Below, piece by piece: positions 28,499-38,458 of a stretch of 64,000 nucleotides of DNA. The translations under genes and the position numbers were made by a program. The stretch is from a virus (Duplodnaviria > Heunggongvirae > Uroviricota > Caudoviricetes): IMG/VR virus record IMGVR_UViG_3300029288_000136. One strand, 5' to 3'. Position 1 is the first letter of the stretch, and each line of letters starts with the position of its first letter. Under the pieces are notes generated by a model, which had not been told where the DNA came from, made no database searches, and saw only the letters and a program-made list of their open reading frames with translations.

Positions 28499-28917
28499 GG
28501 TCCTTTGTATTCTGTCAACGCTTTCATGAATGGTTCTTTTAAATAATTTGAACCAACAGAAACAATGCCTTCAGAGTCAAGTTTGTCAAGCCAAGATTCT
28601 AAAAATTCATCCCATAGTCTTTCACGCTTTATGTAGTCAGTTGCTTTGATGTCTTTGTTGTAGTATAGGAGTTCACCTATTTCGATCTCTGATATAGGGA
28701 GAGAAGGTTCAAATGGGATATCATCATGGTCTCGCATCACCTGAGTGGATCTGTATTGAGAAAGGATGGAGAATGATTTGATGCTGAACTTGGCTCTCTG
28801 TCCATTCTCATCTGTGAGTTCAATAGAAGAGAATTGGCGGAACTCATGTGTCTTTTTGCAGTCAAGAATTTGATTTAAATACTTTGATTTGATTGTGGCT
28901 TGTAGTTCCATTTTCAT
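28495..28917 (-). CDS. hypothetical protein
   Basis: 140 aa, 4-nt overlaps with neighbours. Confidence 0.35.
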   Translation of the reverse strand: MKMELQATIKSKYLNQILDCKKTHEFRQFSSIELTDENGQRAKFSIKSFSILSQYRSTQVMRDHDDIPFEPSLPISEIEIGELLYYNKDIKATDYIKRERLWDEFLESWLDKLDSEGIVSVGSNYLKEPFMKALTEYKGP

Positions 28918-29309
28918 AGTTCTCTTGAATATCTATATAAACATCCATGGGATGTTTTAATAACAAAATCAAATATTAATATCTTATGCTCTAGAGCAGT
29001 TAGGGGATCTGAAGATTCAAACAGTTGATAATCAATAACCTTTGCAATTTTTATTTCATCAGGAAATGGAGGTTCAGTAATATAAATTTCTCTCTCAAAC
29101 CGTTCACTTATAGGTATCTCATTGTACTCTTTTTCAGAATTATATAAGAGTAAAGAAATATTATGTATAGCTTCAATACTCTGTTTTTCCTCAGAAAGAT
29201 CATTTAAATAGTTAAGAGTATATCTATAATTATTTACTTCTTTTAAATGTTTTTGATAGTATCGTTCATAAACATCAACTGGATTTATCTTTTTCATTTT
29301 AGATTGCAT
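28914..29309 (-). CDS. hypothetical protein
   Basis: 131 aa. Confidence 0.35.
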   Translation of the reverse strand: MQSKMKKINPVDVYERYYQKHLKEVNNYRYTLNYLNDLSEEKQSIEAIHNISLLLYNSEKEYNEIPISERFEREIYITEPPFPDEIKIAKVIDYQLFESSDPLTALEHKILIFDFVIKTSHGCLYRYSREL

Positions 29310-29556
29310 TAAACTCGTTAACTATCTCCCCAGTCTTAGAATTATAATAGAACCAATTATTAGTCCAGTTCCAAGGATCACCTGTTTTAGCTATCTCCAC
29401 ATATATTGTCCACCATTCCTTGCTTTTAACTCTACTTGCAGTAAAATAAGATATCTCAATTATTTCATATCCTCCAGGAACGATCTTTAGAATATCCTTT
29501 CTGAAATTCCTGAGAGCATAAGGCTTGAACCAATATAAGTATTTTAAGTATTCCAT
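29299..29556 (-). CDS. hypothetical protein
   Basis: 85 aa, W-rich. Confidence 0.3.
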   Translation of the reverse strand: MEYLKYLYWFKPYALRNFRKDILKIVPGGYEIIEISYFTASRVKSKEWWTIYVEIAKTGDPWNWTNNWFYYNSKTGEIVNEFNAI

Positions 29557-29558
29557 CT

Positions 29559-29771
29559 TTATTCATAGATTAACATGTCAGGATCGCAGGCTTGAGGAGT
29601 TGGATTCAGAATGCAGACTCCATCATAACAGTGATAGAATCTTACAAATACATACTTGGAATTGGTGGATGTGATGATACCGCGCTCACAGTCCTTATGC
29701 AACTTGTCTCCTTTAGCATGGTGAGGGATGTAGATCACTGAGAGACCTGGTTCAAAGTCAGATGAGTTCAT
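29559..29771 (-). CDS. hypothetical protein
   Basis: 70 aa. Confidence 0.3.
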   Translation of the reverse strand: MNSSDFEPGLSVIYIPHHAKGDKLHKDCERGIITSTNSKYVFVRFYHCYDGVCILNPTPQACDPDMLIYE

Positions 29772-30013
29772 TTTGTTTTCTCTAAGACTATAAGCTCTAT
29801 AAAATCTATATCAGAAGAATGAATCTCTTTAATGTAATACCCATTCAAATTAAGATAATCAAGAAGATAGAAACCCCTTAGTATCTTAAGTTCAGAAGGT
29901 ATCCTTATTATGAAGTGATCTGGATTTATGTAAGATACACTGACTCGTGGAGTTACACTAAGAGAAGAAATACAAAGTTCTTCCAATCTTTCTATGTGTT
30001 CTGCAGTATTCAT
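29768..30013 (-). CDS. hypothetical protein
   Basis: 81 aa. Confidence 0.3.
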   Translation of the reverse strand: MNTAEHIERLEELCISSLSVTPRVSVSYINPDHFIIRIPSELKILRGFYLLDYLNLNGYYIKEIHSSDIDFIELIVLEKTK

Positions 30014-30279
30014 TTCTTTCTACGGCTCAAAGAGAACTTGGTTACAATGCCTAAGTTCATGAGCATTGATTGGGAGACATAATGAGGTTGGACAAGTTCT
30101 TCAATATCATAAGTTGAGACAATATAATCGTTGATATCGTAGTGATTGTCAATAACCCACCAATCATCGGAAGTTCCTTGGATGACTCCCATACCATGAT
30201 TGAGTTTTTCTTTACCGAAAAATATGGATGTTTTCTTTAGCTTTATGAGATCCCCTATTTTATACTTTCGCTTTGTCAT
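30010..30279 (-). CDS. hypothetical protein (start at internal Met)
   Basis: MTKRKYKIGDLIKLKK... The upstream 45 codons of the tracked ORF overlap the next gene and look non-protein-like. Confidence 0.3.
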   Translation of the reverse strand: MTKRKYKIGDLIKLKKTSIFFGKEKLNHGMGVIQGTSDDWWVIDNHYDINDYIVSTYDIEELVQPHYVSQSMLMNLGIVTKFSLSRRKK

Positions 30280-30520
30280 TTTGCAGTTTTGATTCCAATT
30301 GGTTGACACGCTGTTGGAATGCTTTAGATTTACGTTCCAGTGTAGCATACTCAAGCATCCTTTTGTTCTTAGCCCATGCAAGCTTAGACTCAAGGATATT
30401 GATGTTAGAGTCAAGGTTGGAAATAGAGGTATTGCGTCTTACAATATTGTTGAATTGTCTCAGAAGGGATTCCCTATCAGCGTCGGAGTTACATGCCTTC
30501 AATAATCTATCAAGGTCCAT
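30260..30520 (-). CDS. coiled-coil protein
   Basis: 86 aa, heptad-like. Confidence 0.3.
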   Translation of the reverse strand: MDLDRLLKACNSDADRESLLRQFNNIVRRNTSISNLDSNINILESKLAWAKNKRMLEYATLERKSKAFQQRVNQLESKLQNDKAKV

Positions 30521-31005
30521 TACTTTTTGAATCCAATATCAGTTGCTACTGTGTCCTTTACTTTGTCGTAGGTAGCTTCAAGGAGGAAGTAACCTGCGAT
30601 GTCTTGGATGGTGTCATAGGTGGATTCATTGGAAACTTCCTGCTGCTTGTTGGAGAGGGTTGTAAGTCTCATCAGTTTTTCCCATAACCTCATCAATAAG
30701 TAATTAGGGCCGAGTATTTTGCGGAGCTTATAGTAGGCTGAACCATAGTCGGAGTCCTTCTTCCTTACGAGCTCTGCAAGGTCAATGGCCTCGGAGATGA
30801 AGGGGTTGTAGTCCATGATGTTTTTGGAGAGCCAAGGGCATACCTTATCCAGTTCATTCTTGGTTAATCCTGAGTTGTAGGAGAAAGCAGTACCTATGTT
30901 TCCATTGGTTTTTAATACAATAACCATACCTGTTCTCCCATCAATCAATTCTTGAACATCCCTCTTTATATCCTCTTTAGATACTCTTTTAAATTGTGTG
31001 TCCAT
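30520..31005 (-). CDS. hypothetical alpha-helical protein (MazG-like NTP-pyrophosphatase fold possible)
   Basis: 161 aa. Weak resemblance at IQDIAGYFLLEATYD. Confidence 0.3.
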   Translation of the reverse strand: MDTQFKRVSKEDIKRDVQELIDGRTGMVIVLKTNGNIGTAFSYNSGLTKNELDKVCPWLSKNIMDYNPFISEAIDLAELVRKKDSDYGSAYYKLRKILGPNYLLMRLWEKLMRLTTLSNKQQEVSNESTYDTIQDIAGYFLLEATYDKVKDTVATDIGFKK

Positions 31006-31147
31006 TTTTATATTAAGTTACCTAGATTGAAGTGGATCCATAGGGCTCTACCAACAAGGAAGAAGAATACAAGGAGCCCAAGTTGAACTAATACAAGCAG
31101 AATCCATCCATAGTTAGAAAACCATTCCATTATACTATTCTTAAGGT

Positions 31148-31375
31148 TCATTTTAGTTCATCTGCTTTAGAAAACAACTCCTTTATCATCCTTACAATCT
31201 CAGCCTTAATTATGTCAGGCAGGTCTACTATTTGCTCGACAACAGGTGCTGCGATTATCATTGCCCTGCTTAAAAGTAACCCATCTGTAGGTTTTTTATA
31301 TACAATTGTTATTTGTATCTCTCCTTTCTTTAGAAAAGATTCAACTAATTTGTTCTTGTTATTATTTGAGTTCAT
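31148..31375 (-). CDS. hypothetical protein
   Basis: 75 aa. Confidence 0.3.
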   Translation of the reverse strand: MNSNNNKNKLVESFLKKGEIQITIVYKKPTDGLLLSRAMIIAAPVVEQIVDLPDIIKAEIVRMIKELFSKADELK

Positions 31376-31400
31376 TTTAATTTGAAATTAGTGTAAGTAT

Positions 31401-31820
31401 TTATGAGAGCTTCCTTATATACTTACGCTTTAATATCTGAATCCAGCTTAACTCATAACATTCGACTCCAGATGGGAATCTGTTAGCTCGCTTGTGTTCT
31501 CCTTTTATCATGCCATCCACCTCTCTCCAGGATAATATCAATGGCATTCTTATCCTGGGAGATTGGAGGGATTTACCTATGAAAATATAATAGAAGGTGT
31601 CTGGGTGTTTGATGTTGTTGTGGGTGTTGGCATTGATCTTGACCTTGCCTACCTGCTTTCTTTTTGTTCCAGTGTAAAAGTAAAATGATTTGATTTCGAT
31701 CTTGAATTTACCAAGATCGATGTCATGGTCGTCAAATTCAGAGGTAAGAGTACCGCGAAGCATGGCACCAATGAACTGCTCTATCTCAGTGCCTTCTGCT
31801 TTGTTATCTTTGATTGTCAT
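31401..31820 (-). CDS. hypothetical protein, possible PD-(D/E)XK fold
   Basis: DIDLGKFKIEIKS resembles a D...E-x-K core. Confidence 0.3.
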   Translation of the reverse strand: MTIKDNKAEGTEIEQFIGAMLRGTLTSEFDDHDIDLGKFKIEIKSFYFYTGTKRKQVGKVKINANTHNNIKHPDTFYYIFIGKSLQSPRIRMPLILSWREVDGMIKGEHKRANRFPSGVECYELSWIQILKRKYIRKLS

Positions 31821-31997
31821 CCTCTCTCTTTGTACTTTACACGCAGTCTATTAGCAGCTAGACATATTGCTTCATCTAAATCATTTTTAGAATCAAGTAA
31901 TTCCTTCTGAAGTTCTTCTATGATCTCTTCTTTGCGTAACAACTCAGCCTTTAAATCAGCTATCAATTGTTCAGTAGGTGTTAGAGATGCCATTGTA

Positions 31998-32300
31998 TTA
32001 GATTATCTTGTGGAAATATAGGTCAATTAAGTCAATGAGAGATACTTGAATTGATCCTCCTTCATCGTACCTAATCAAGTTGTCAAATAGAAAACTTAGA
32101 GGATGAGTGTTGTCATCTTCACATTCAATACTGTACTGCTCTCCAAGTTCTACAAGTTTGTTATTCCAGGATTTAAGACCATCACGCACTTCTTCCAGTA
32201 ATTGGATGCGGTCAGAGTAATTAAGATCATATATGGTTGGTTGTTCAAATCCAAGCTCAAGTAGTTTCTCAAGAACCTCATCCAATGTTTTAGAGTCCAT
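31998..32300 (-). CDS. hypothetical protein
   Basis: 100 aa, acidic. Confidence 0.3.
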   Translation of the reverse strand: MDSKTLDEVLEKLLELGFEQPTIYDLNYSDRIQLLEEVRDGLKSWNNKLVELGEQYSIECEDDNTHPLSFLFDNLIRYDEGGSIQVSLIDLIDLYFHKII

Positions 32301-32319
32301 TGTTCATGCATTTATGGAA

Positions 32320-32580
32320 TCATTTGTATACTAGGAATCTTATGATCCTAATAAAAAGACCAAACAGGATGCTATGTAATACTAATTTAAGGATGCTAGT
32401 GTAGTGATAAATATTAAAAATAGATAGGACAAGAAGAAAGATAAGGCCGAAGAATGAGTAAATTGTGATAACAAACAGGAAGATAAGAAGAATTATAAGA
32501 CAAAGTAAAAGCCCAATTGCAGATCCAATTATAGTAGTTGCCAATATATCAGATAATGTTTCCTTGGTTGTGTCGTCCAT
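32320..32580 (-). CDS. small membrane protein
   Basis: Two long hydrophobic helices. Confidence 0.35.
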   Translation of the reverse strand: MDDTTKETLSDILATTIIGSAIGLLLCLIILLIFLFVITIYSFFGLIFLLVLSIFNIYHYTSILKLVLHSILFGLFIRIIRFLVYK

Positions 32581-32614
32581 TTTGATTTTATTTGATCAAT
32601 TGATTGTATGATTC

Positions 32615-33067
32615 CTACAAAAGTCCAATCTTATCCAACTGTTGTCTATTTAATCTTGCGGTTGCTTTAGTATTATTGAAAGCCTTCTGTAATTTCTTCA
32701 ATACCAGGATGGATGAATGAAGGGGTCTTTTTCCATTAAACTTAAAATCATTACAAATAGATCTGGAATGACTGCTAATTGGAAATTTTGGATTCTTAAG
32801 AAGAAGCAAGTATAAGAGAGAACCGCACAATAAGTTCTTACCACCTGAAAACTTTATCGACCTACACTCACCAGATGTTAATAGATTAAAAAGATCAGAA
32901 CGATAAGAAGAATATTTAGACGGAAGGAAGTTATCAAGGTAAGTATTAACAAGAGCAGTCCTTCTACGATTACTTAAGGCTACCATATATCCTTTCTTAC
33001 GCTCAGGATTATTACGACACCACTCCTTAAGATAAGCATTCAATTCTTCCCTAGACTTAGGAGCCAT
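32615..33067 (-). CDS. basic hypothetical protein
   Basis: 150 aa, K/R-rich. Confidence 0.35.
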   Translation of the reverse strand: MAPKSREELNAYLKEWCRNNPERKKGYMVALSNRRRTALVNTYLDNFLPSKYSSYRSDLFNLLTSGECRSIKFSGGKNLLCGSLLYLLLLKNPKFPISSHSRSICNDFKFNGKRPLHSSILVLKKLQKAFNNTKATARLNRQQLDKIGLL

Positions 33068-33568
33068 AATATTAGATTTAGAAACTAAAGTATAAATAGA
33101 TAAGCAGTATTTATAGTTGAAAGAGTATGATAATATTAGAGGAATCCTGCAAAGCCTCGTGTCGGTTATAACATTGGTAGGTTATAAAATTGGGTCACTG
33201 GCTAGTTCCTTGTGTTCATCTAGTCCAGTGATCCTCATATTAGAATCAAGCATATATAAAATCAATCATATCTGTTTGTTTTTTCAATAAGGGATTCAAG
33301 CCTTAGAAGTTTGAAATCAATAGTCCTCTGGATATCTTTGAATACGTTGCGATCTGGATTGATAGCGCATAATATCGTGGTGCTGATTCACGAAATGCAC
33401 GAACTAGGGATAAAGCCAGATTTTAAAAATATATCATTATAATGTACTATTTTTTATAAAAACATATTGATTTATTAACCCTTGTGTGCTATAATATATT
33501 TGTTTGATACCCGCTATCGTTACTGTAACAGTGATGATAGGCTTAGATTACCGTTACATCTGTATATA

Positions 33569-33902
33569 ATGGCTTCTAGTGACAAAGTTGCTATATTTAT
33601 TGATTCGGGCTATTTTAACAAAGCCTTAGAGGAATTTGCCGAAGAGGTAAATGGTAGGAGGAAGTTACCTAGGATAGATTTTGGTAAAATCGGATCTGTC
33701 TTAGCAGAAATAGTAAACGCTGATTTATTTAGGGTATATTTTTATGATTGCCGCCCATTTCAAAGCAGCCCGCCAACACCCGAAGAAAGCACTAAATTTG
33801 CTTTAAATGACCGATTTCTCAAAGCACTAACTCGTATTCCTCGTTTTGTTGTTCGTGAAGGAAGACTTAATCGTTATACCGTAGTATGCAAGAAATGTAA
33901 TA
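33569..33902 (+). pseudogene. NYN/LabA-like nuclease domain gene, N-terminal fragment, interrupted by island
   Basis: MASSDKVAIFIDSGYF... is the NYN N-terminal hallmark. Sequence character changes to GC-rich after ...VVCKKCN. The C-terminal half resumes at 38787. Confidence 0.55.
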
Positions 33903-34129
33903 GGGCAGGGTGCCGGTTGTCTTCGGGTATAATATTTACTGCATGCTGGGCCGTAAGACCGGGAAGTTGCTTGCCCATAATGGGTTGTATGTTAAGAGTT
34001 TAAGCGTCGGATGGGCCGAATTAAAGAGGGATTTCTCCGGGTACGCAGTCAACGGGACTGCCTTGAATGCATCGCTGGATACGGGTAAGTCTTCCGTACA
34101 ATAGAAGTTTTTGTGGGTATTCGTCCTCA

Positions 34130-34640
34130 GGCAGTTATAGTCGAGGGCAAAAGTTGTCCACAGACATGCCCTTAAGGGCAACTAGCCTTTTTTTAAAAAT
34201 CAGATTACGTGCCCTCGAATAGATTCGCGGCCGATAGCAGTCTAAATGCATTTAAGGCATTTGCCTTTTTGCACAATTTATGGCCACGATTATGTCCAAA
34301 TCAGCGTTTTTAAGCTCTTTTGTATCATTATCCGGTTTGCCTTAGGCTGTGGGTTCTTTCCGCCTTGCAGCAGCCGAGGTCATATTATAGTGCAGGAGAT
34401 AACTTTCCTGCGCCCGTCGAGCGCATGCCTGTCAGGCGGAAAATTTGTGCCTAGAGGCACATGCCCCTTGAGGGCAAAGTCCCTTTATCTCCCTGCACTT
34501 GTTTCAAGGGCCAAAATCTTAGGGGTATTCTGGTCCTCGACTATAGTTCTTCAGGTCTTTTGCCTGCCTATTTTACAACAGTTTTCCGGCATTTAGGGAT
34601 TGAATAATCGTGGAGGGATAACTTTTCCCTCCTTAAGGCA
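34130..34640. other. GC-rich non-coding region with multiple perfect palindromes, bounded by 11-bp inverted repeat
   Basis: TATAGTCGAGG at 34137 and CCTCGACTATA at 34533. Internal palindromes GCCCTTAAGGGC, GTGCCTAGAGGCAC and GAGGGATAACTTTTCCCTC. No credible ORF. Confidence 0.45.
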
Positions 34641-34930
34641 TTCCCTGCGAGCATCCCGAGTTTTTCGTGAAAGACCTTTGTTCTCCCGCGCTGGTTTCCA
34701 GTAGGCGGACTTGCCTGGAAGGCGTTCCTCTTTAAAGGCGCGAAAATTTAATCCTTGACTAAGTGTTTTCCCTGTCTGCTCGGGGTCTGCTTCGAACACT
34801 TTTTTTCTATGCCGATGAGCCGCATATTTTCCAGGGAACCTACAGAAAAAAATTTGTTAGACGCAACATATCTTTTATTATAAATATATTCCAGTAAACA
34901 TGATATAAGGACATAGTCTTATATAGTAAC

Positions 34931-35377
34931 GTGACATTACTTTATTTTGCCTATGGCGCGAATATGAACCACAAGCACATGAAAGACGCGTGCTCTCAGA
35001 GCAGGTTCTTGAAGAGGGCTTTTCTGGAGGATCATAAGATAATATACGACGGGTACTCGGATTACATGAGAAGAAGAGCAAGGGCCAATGTCATCAGCTC
35101 TGAGGGCAGTGTCGTGTGGGGCGGCCTGTATGAGATAAGCGAGACGGACCTTGTATCGCTGGACGTATCGGAGTACGCGCCTAACTCATTCGACCGGAAG
35201 ACAACCGTCGTCAAAGACGAGGACGGGAAGACATATGAGGTCATCGTCTACCGCAGGGAAAAAAGGGAGTTGTGCGCGCCTTCTACGGAGTACAGGCAGA
35301 CCATAATACAGGGAGCAAAAGACTGCAACCTCCCCCAGGGATATATAAGGGGGATAAGTTATAGAGTAAGCGGATGA
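34931..35377 (+). CDS. gamma-glutamyl cyclotransferase / AIG2-like protein
   Basis: N-terminal LLYFAYGANMN hallmark (YFAYGSNM of the GGCT/AIG2 family). Confidence 0.55.
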   Translation: MTLLYFAYGANMNHKHMKDACSQSRFLKRAFLEDHKIIYDGYSDYMRRRARANVISSEGSVVWGGLYEISETDLVSLDVSEYAPNSFDRKTTVVKDEDGKTYEVIVYRREKRELCAPSTEYRQTIIQGAKDCNLPQGYIRGISYRVSG

Positions 35378-35391
35378 TTATCAAAATCTGA

Positions 35392-35829
35392 TTACATGTA
35401 TTTAGACTGGCTTTTAGTCTCCCGGGCAGTTGGCTCTTCCTCTGCAGGCACCGGTTCTTCTACCTGGACATCATCGGCCGGTTCGTCTACAGGGTCGTCT
35501 TCCAGGTATTCATCCAGCCGGTAGAGCCAGCAGCATTTGCCGCATTCAAGTTCCAGTTCTCCCGCGCAGTTGCCGTTTGTCCCTTCCTGCATCACTATTT
35601 CCCCGTCTCTCACATATGCTGTTATCTTGTTCTGGCATTCGGGGTTCTCACAGGTGAAAGACACTTTTTCCGCCTCGCACACAAGTTCCGGTTTATAGAC
35701 CATGTTCTCATCCTCCGATAGATCTTCGTTTAGTATCGCTCTTTCTGCGCTCGTGTAGCTTCCATATCTCAAGACAAGATATAGAAGGTACGCAACGCCA
35801 ACCAGGAAAAATAAGCTTCCCAAGTCCAT
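35392..35829 (-). CDS. membrane-anchored Cys-rich acidic protein
   Basis: N-terminal TM helix, CxxC pairs, acidic tail. Downstream of the flotillin gene. Confidence 0.4.
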   Translation of the reverse strand: MDLGSLFFLVGVAYLLYLVLRYGSYTSAERAILNEDLSEDENMVYKPELVCEAEKVSFTCENPECQNKITAYVRDGEIVMQEGTNGNCAGELELECGKCCWLYRLDEYLEDDPVDEPADDVQVEEPVPAEEEPTARETKSQSKYM

Positions 35830-35833
35830 TAAA

Positions 35834-37210
35834 TCATTCCTTCTTCTTTGTTTCGTGCTTTATCTCGTGCCTGCGCGTTATGGGCTCTACTCCGACAGCT
35901 TCGAATATCTTCGGCAGAGCCGCTGTTCCCTGCATCACGGTATTCAGGATGGATCCGCCAAGTCCCATGTCTGACGTATCCCCTGTCTGGACTATCGTTA
36001 TCTTGTCTCCGATGTTCTTCAGGGGCTCTGCTATTCTCTCGGCTATCAAAGGAAGCGTCTCTATCTTCATTATCTCAAGGCCGCTCTGGTTCAATTCCTT
36101 GTATGCTTCCGCCTTCTTCTGGACTCCTTCCGCTTCGGCTAGAAGCTTTTGTTTCTGTCCCTCCGCTTCGGCCAGTAATTTTGCCTTTATTGCTTCCGCT
36201 TCCCCGATCCCTTCCAGCTTCTTCTTCTCGGACTCTCCCGCCGCAATAGCGATCGTCTTGACTTTCTCGGCCTCTCCTTCAAGCTGCTGTATTTCCTTGT
36301 TTCGTTCGGATATCTCTACTTGTTTCTGCTTCTGTATTAGTTCGATCTTCATCTGCTCTTCTTTCAGTTTCTGTGTTTGTATGGCAGTCTCTATATCCTT
36401 TGCCTTGTCGGCCATGGCCTGCTGCGTGAATGTCTCCTGGTTGTATAGCGCCATCTTTATCTGTTTTTCTTTTTCGTATTCTGCTATCTTTGTCTGCGCT
36501 ATGTTCTCCTGCTCGCTTGCTTCCTGGTTCGCCTTGGCGGTCGCCTTCCGGGACTCGCTCTTCGCGTTGGCTTCGGCTATCTCCGCTGCTTTTATCTTTT
36601 CGGCAAGCTCCTTTGCGTAGAGGGACTCTATGTACCCTCTGCCGGTCTCTTTCTTTGTTGACGATGAATCGCTGATGTCCTTTATCGTGAAGGATACTAT
36701 CGAGAGGCCCATCTTCTCCAGGTCGTCTTTTGCGTTCTCAAGGACCCTTTTGTTGAAGCTTTCCCGGTCCTGTATCAATTCCTCGACTGTCATGTTGGCG
36801 CATATCGCCCTTATGTGGCCCTCCATTGTCTCTTCTATCTTCTGCATTATCCTTTCGGTCTCAAAGCCCAGGAATGATTTTGATACGTTGGCGTATCCTT
36901 CTTCGGTGTCCTGCAACTGTAATTGTGCGACTGCTTCCACGTCGACGGGAACGATAAGCTGAGTCTGCACGTTTTCCTTTACTATTGTGACGGTCATAAG
37001 CTGTTTTGTTATGGACCACGCTTCTTCCAGGACAGGGAATATGAGCGTTGCTCCTCCCGACACGAATCTTGTTCCTTTCCTTCCGGAGATCACCATAAGC
37101 TTTGACGGGGGTACTTTGATATAGTTCCTGCTCATAACATACGCTCCCCCCATGACCGCTATTGCTCCCCCGCCGACTATTATCGGCAGCACGAATCCGT
37201 CGATGTTCAT
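35834..37210 (-). CDS. SPFH/band-7 flotillin-like protein
   Basis: N-terminal TM helix plus SPFH-like domain, then a long EA-rich coiled coil (AEAEG repeats). 4-nt overlap with the upstream NfeD gene. Confidence 0.65.
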   Translation of the reverse strand: MNIDGFVLPIIVGGGAIAVMGGAYVMSRNYIKVPPSKLMVISGRKGTRFVSGGATLIFPVLEEAWSITKQLMTVTIVKENVQTQLIVPVDVEAVAQLQLQDTEEGYANVSKSFLGFETERIMQKIEETMEGHIRAICANMTVEELIQDRESFNKRVLENAKDDLEKMGLSIVSFTIKDISDSSSTKKETGRGYIESLYAKELAEKIKAAEIAEANAKSESRKATAKANQEASEQENIAQTKIAEYEKEKQIKMALYNQETFTQQAMADKAKDIETAIQTQKLKEEQMKIELIQKQKQVEISERNKEIQQLEGEAEKVKTIAIAAGESEKKKLEGIGEAEAIKAKLLAEAEGQKQKLLAEAEGVQKKAEAYKELNQSGLEIMKIETLPLIAERIAEPLKNIGDKITIVQTGDTSDMGLGGSILNTVMQGTAALPKIFEAVGVEPITRRHEIKHETKKKE

Positions 37211-37788
37211 TTTTCAGCCTCTCTTGATGCTTTTTTTACTTTCAACATGTCGCCGCATAGTCCGGCGACTATTACATTCGTTCCCTTGGGCAGGCTTTCG
37301 TCCGAGACCGCCAGTAAAGACTTATGGCTCCCGTCTACGAAAAGAACTTCCCCCTTGTCGCCCGCGCCCTTTATCTCCACTGTCACTACGCCCTCTTTTC
37401 CTATGAAATCCCTCAGCTTGCGTATAGAGCTTGGCGAATTGGAGAACACCTTGGACATTAGATACGTTGATGAGACGGTTATCGCTAAAGAGATAAAAAG
37501 CGACGCAGGAACCAGGACAAAAGGACTCATTTCAGGATACGCGAGCAGGAGATATACCCCGGCCCCTCCGAAAGTCGTGCAGAACGCGCCCATCGCGAAT
37601 GTGCCAAAGCCGTGGAAAGACACTCCGTCGAATGCATCCCCCAGGAGGGATATGCCATCCAACGCGTTGCCCACGCCTTCCAATACCCCTTCCAGGGCGT
37701 CGCCTAATATGTCGGCAAAGAAGCTGACAACTGTGATCAATAGCCCCATCAAGAATATTATTCCGAAAACTAGTAGAATATCTATCAT
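37207..37788 (-). CDS. NfeD-like membrane protein
   Basis: Multi-TM N-terminus plus a C-terminal OB-like segment (GKEGVVTVEIKGAGDKGEVLFVDGSHKSLLAVSDESLPKGTNVIV). Classic operon partner of SPFH proteins. Confidence 0.5.
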   Translation of the reverse strand: MIDILLVFGIIFLMGLLITVVSFFADILGDALEGVLEGVGNALDGISLLGDAFDGVSFHGFGTFAMGAFCTTFGGAGVYLLLAYPEMSPFVLVPASLFISLAITVSSTYLMSKVFSNSPSSIRKLRDFIGKEGVVTVEIKGAGDKGEVLFVDGSHKSLLAVSDESLPKGTNVIVAGLCGDMLKVKKASREAEK

Positions 37789-37945
37789 TTTTATTGAATA
37801 ATATTTAGATTATGTTATATTTATATAAATATTCTGTATAAAACTTTGATTCTTTCCTGAATTTGTAGATTTGTGGGAAGTGAGCGAATGTAGTGCCTAA
37901 CTTTCCGGACCAAAAAAAATATTTAAATAATCAGAAAACACATAC

Positions 37946-38458
37946 ATGTATGTGATGAAAGCCAGCAAACATCGCATGCTTTCTTTTATGATGGTCGCCG
38001 CGTCTACCGCTGCCGGCGCGAACTCCGTAATGGGCCCTCTGACAGGCATTTGGGGAGTGGCAATGATATTCTTATTCCTCCCGGTATGGCTTCTTGAGGC
38101 CGTAATCATTTACTTCGCAGCAAGGAAGATATGTTCCTACAGTATAAGCCTCAAGCGCGCATTTATCACGTCTTTTGCAGCCAACACCGCCTCGACAATA
38201 GGCGGCCTTATGGCAATGCAAATTTGCTACTTTATTACCTTCCTACTGTTCCATAACTATACCCTGAGCATATTTTACGAGATCGTCCCCGTCTTTGCCC
38301 TGGGTTTTGTGATAACGGTCATCATAGAAACGGTCGTGGTGCATATCTCAGTCAAGGATAAAGGCAGAGGCTGCAAGCCTTTTTATATTTCCATGCTGAT
38401 GAATCTGGCGTCATATGCCCTGCTTGCAGCGCTTGCAGTCATCAGATACAGTCGTTGA
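37946..38458 (+). CDS. integral membrane protein
   Basis: Four or five hydrophobic helices. GC-richer codon usage like the island. Confidence 0.4.
   Translation: MYVMKASKHRMLSFMMVAASTAAGANSVMGPLTGIWGVAMIFLFLPVWLLEAVIIYFAARKICSYSISLKRAFITSFAANTASTIGGLMAMQICYFITFLLFHNYTLSIFYEIVPVFALGFVITVIIETVVVHISVKDKGRGCKPFYISMLMNLASYALLAALAVIRYSR

Noticed and set aside
34246-34799. ORFs 34246..34596 (+) and 34593..34799 (-) in the GC-rich palindromic region.
   Set aside because: The region is dominated by perfect palindromes and hairpins. The translations have no protein-like features. More likely non-coding.
35848-37801. Plus-strand ORFs 35848..36249, 35880..36620, 36430..36675, 36630..36962 and 37247..37801 inside the flotillin and NfeD genes.
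   Set aside because: They are antisense to genes with clear SPFH and NfeD signatures. The translations are Ser/Ala/Pro-rich low complexity produced by the EA-repeat coding sequence.
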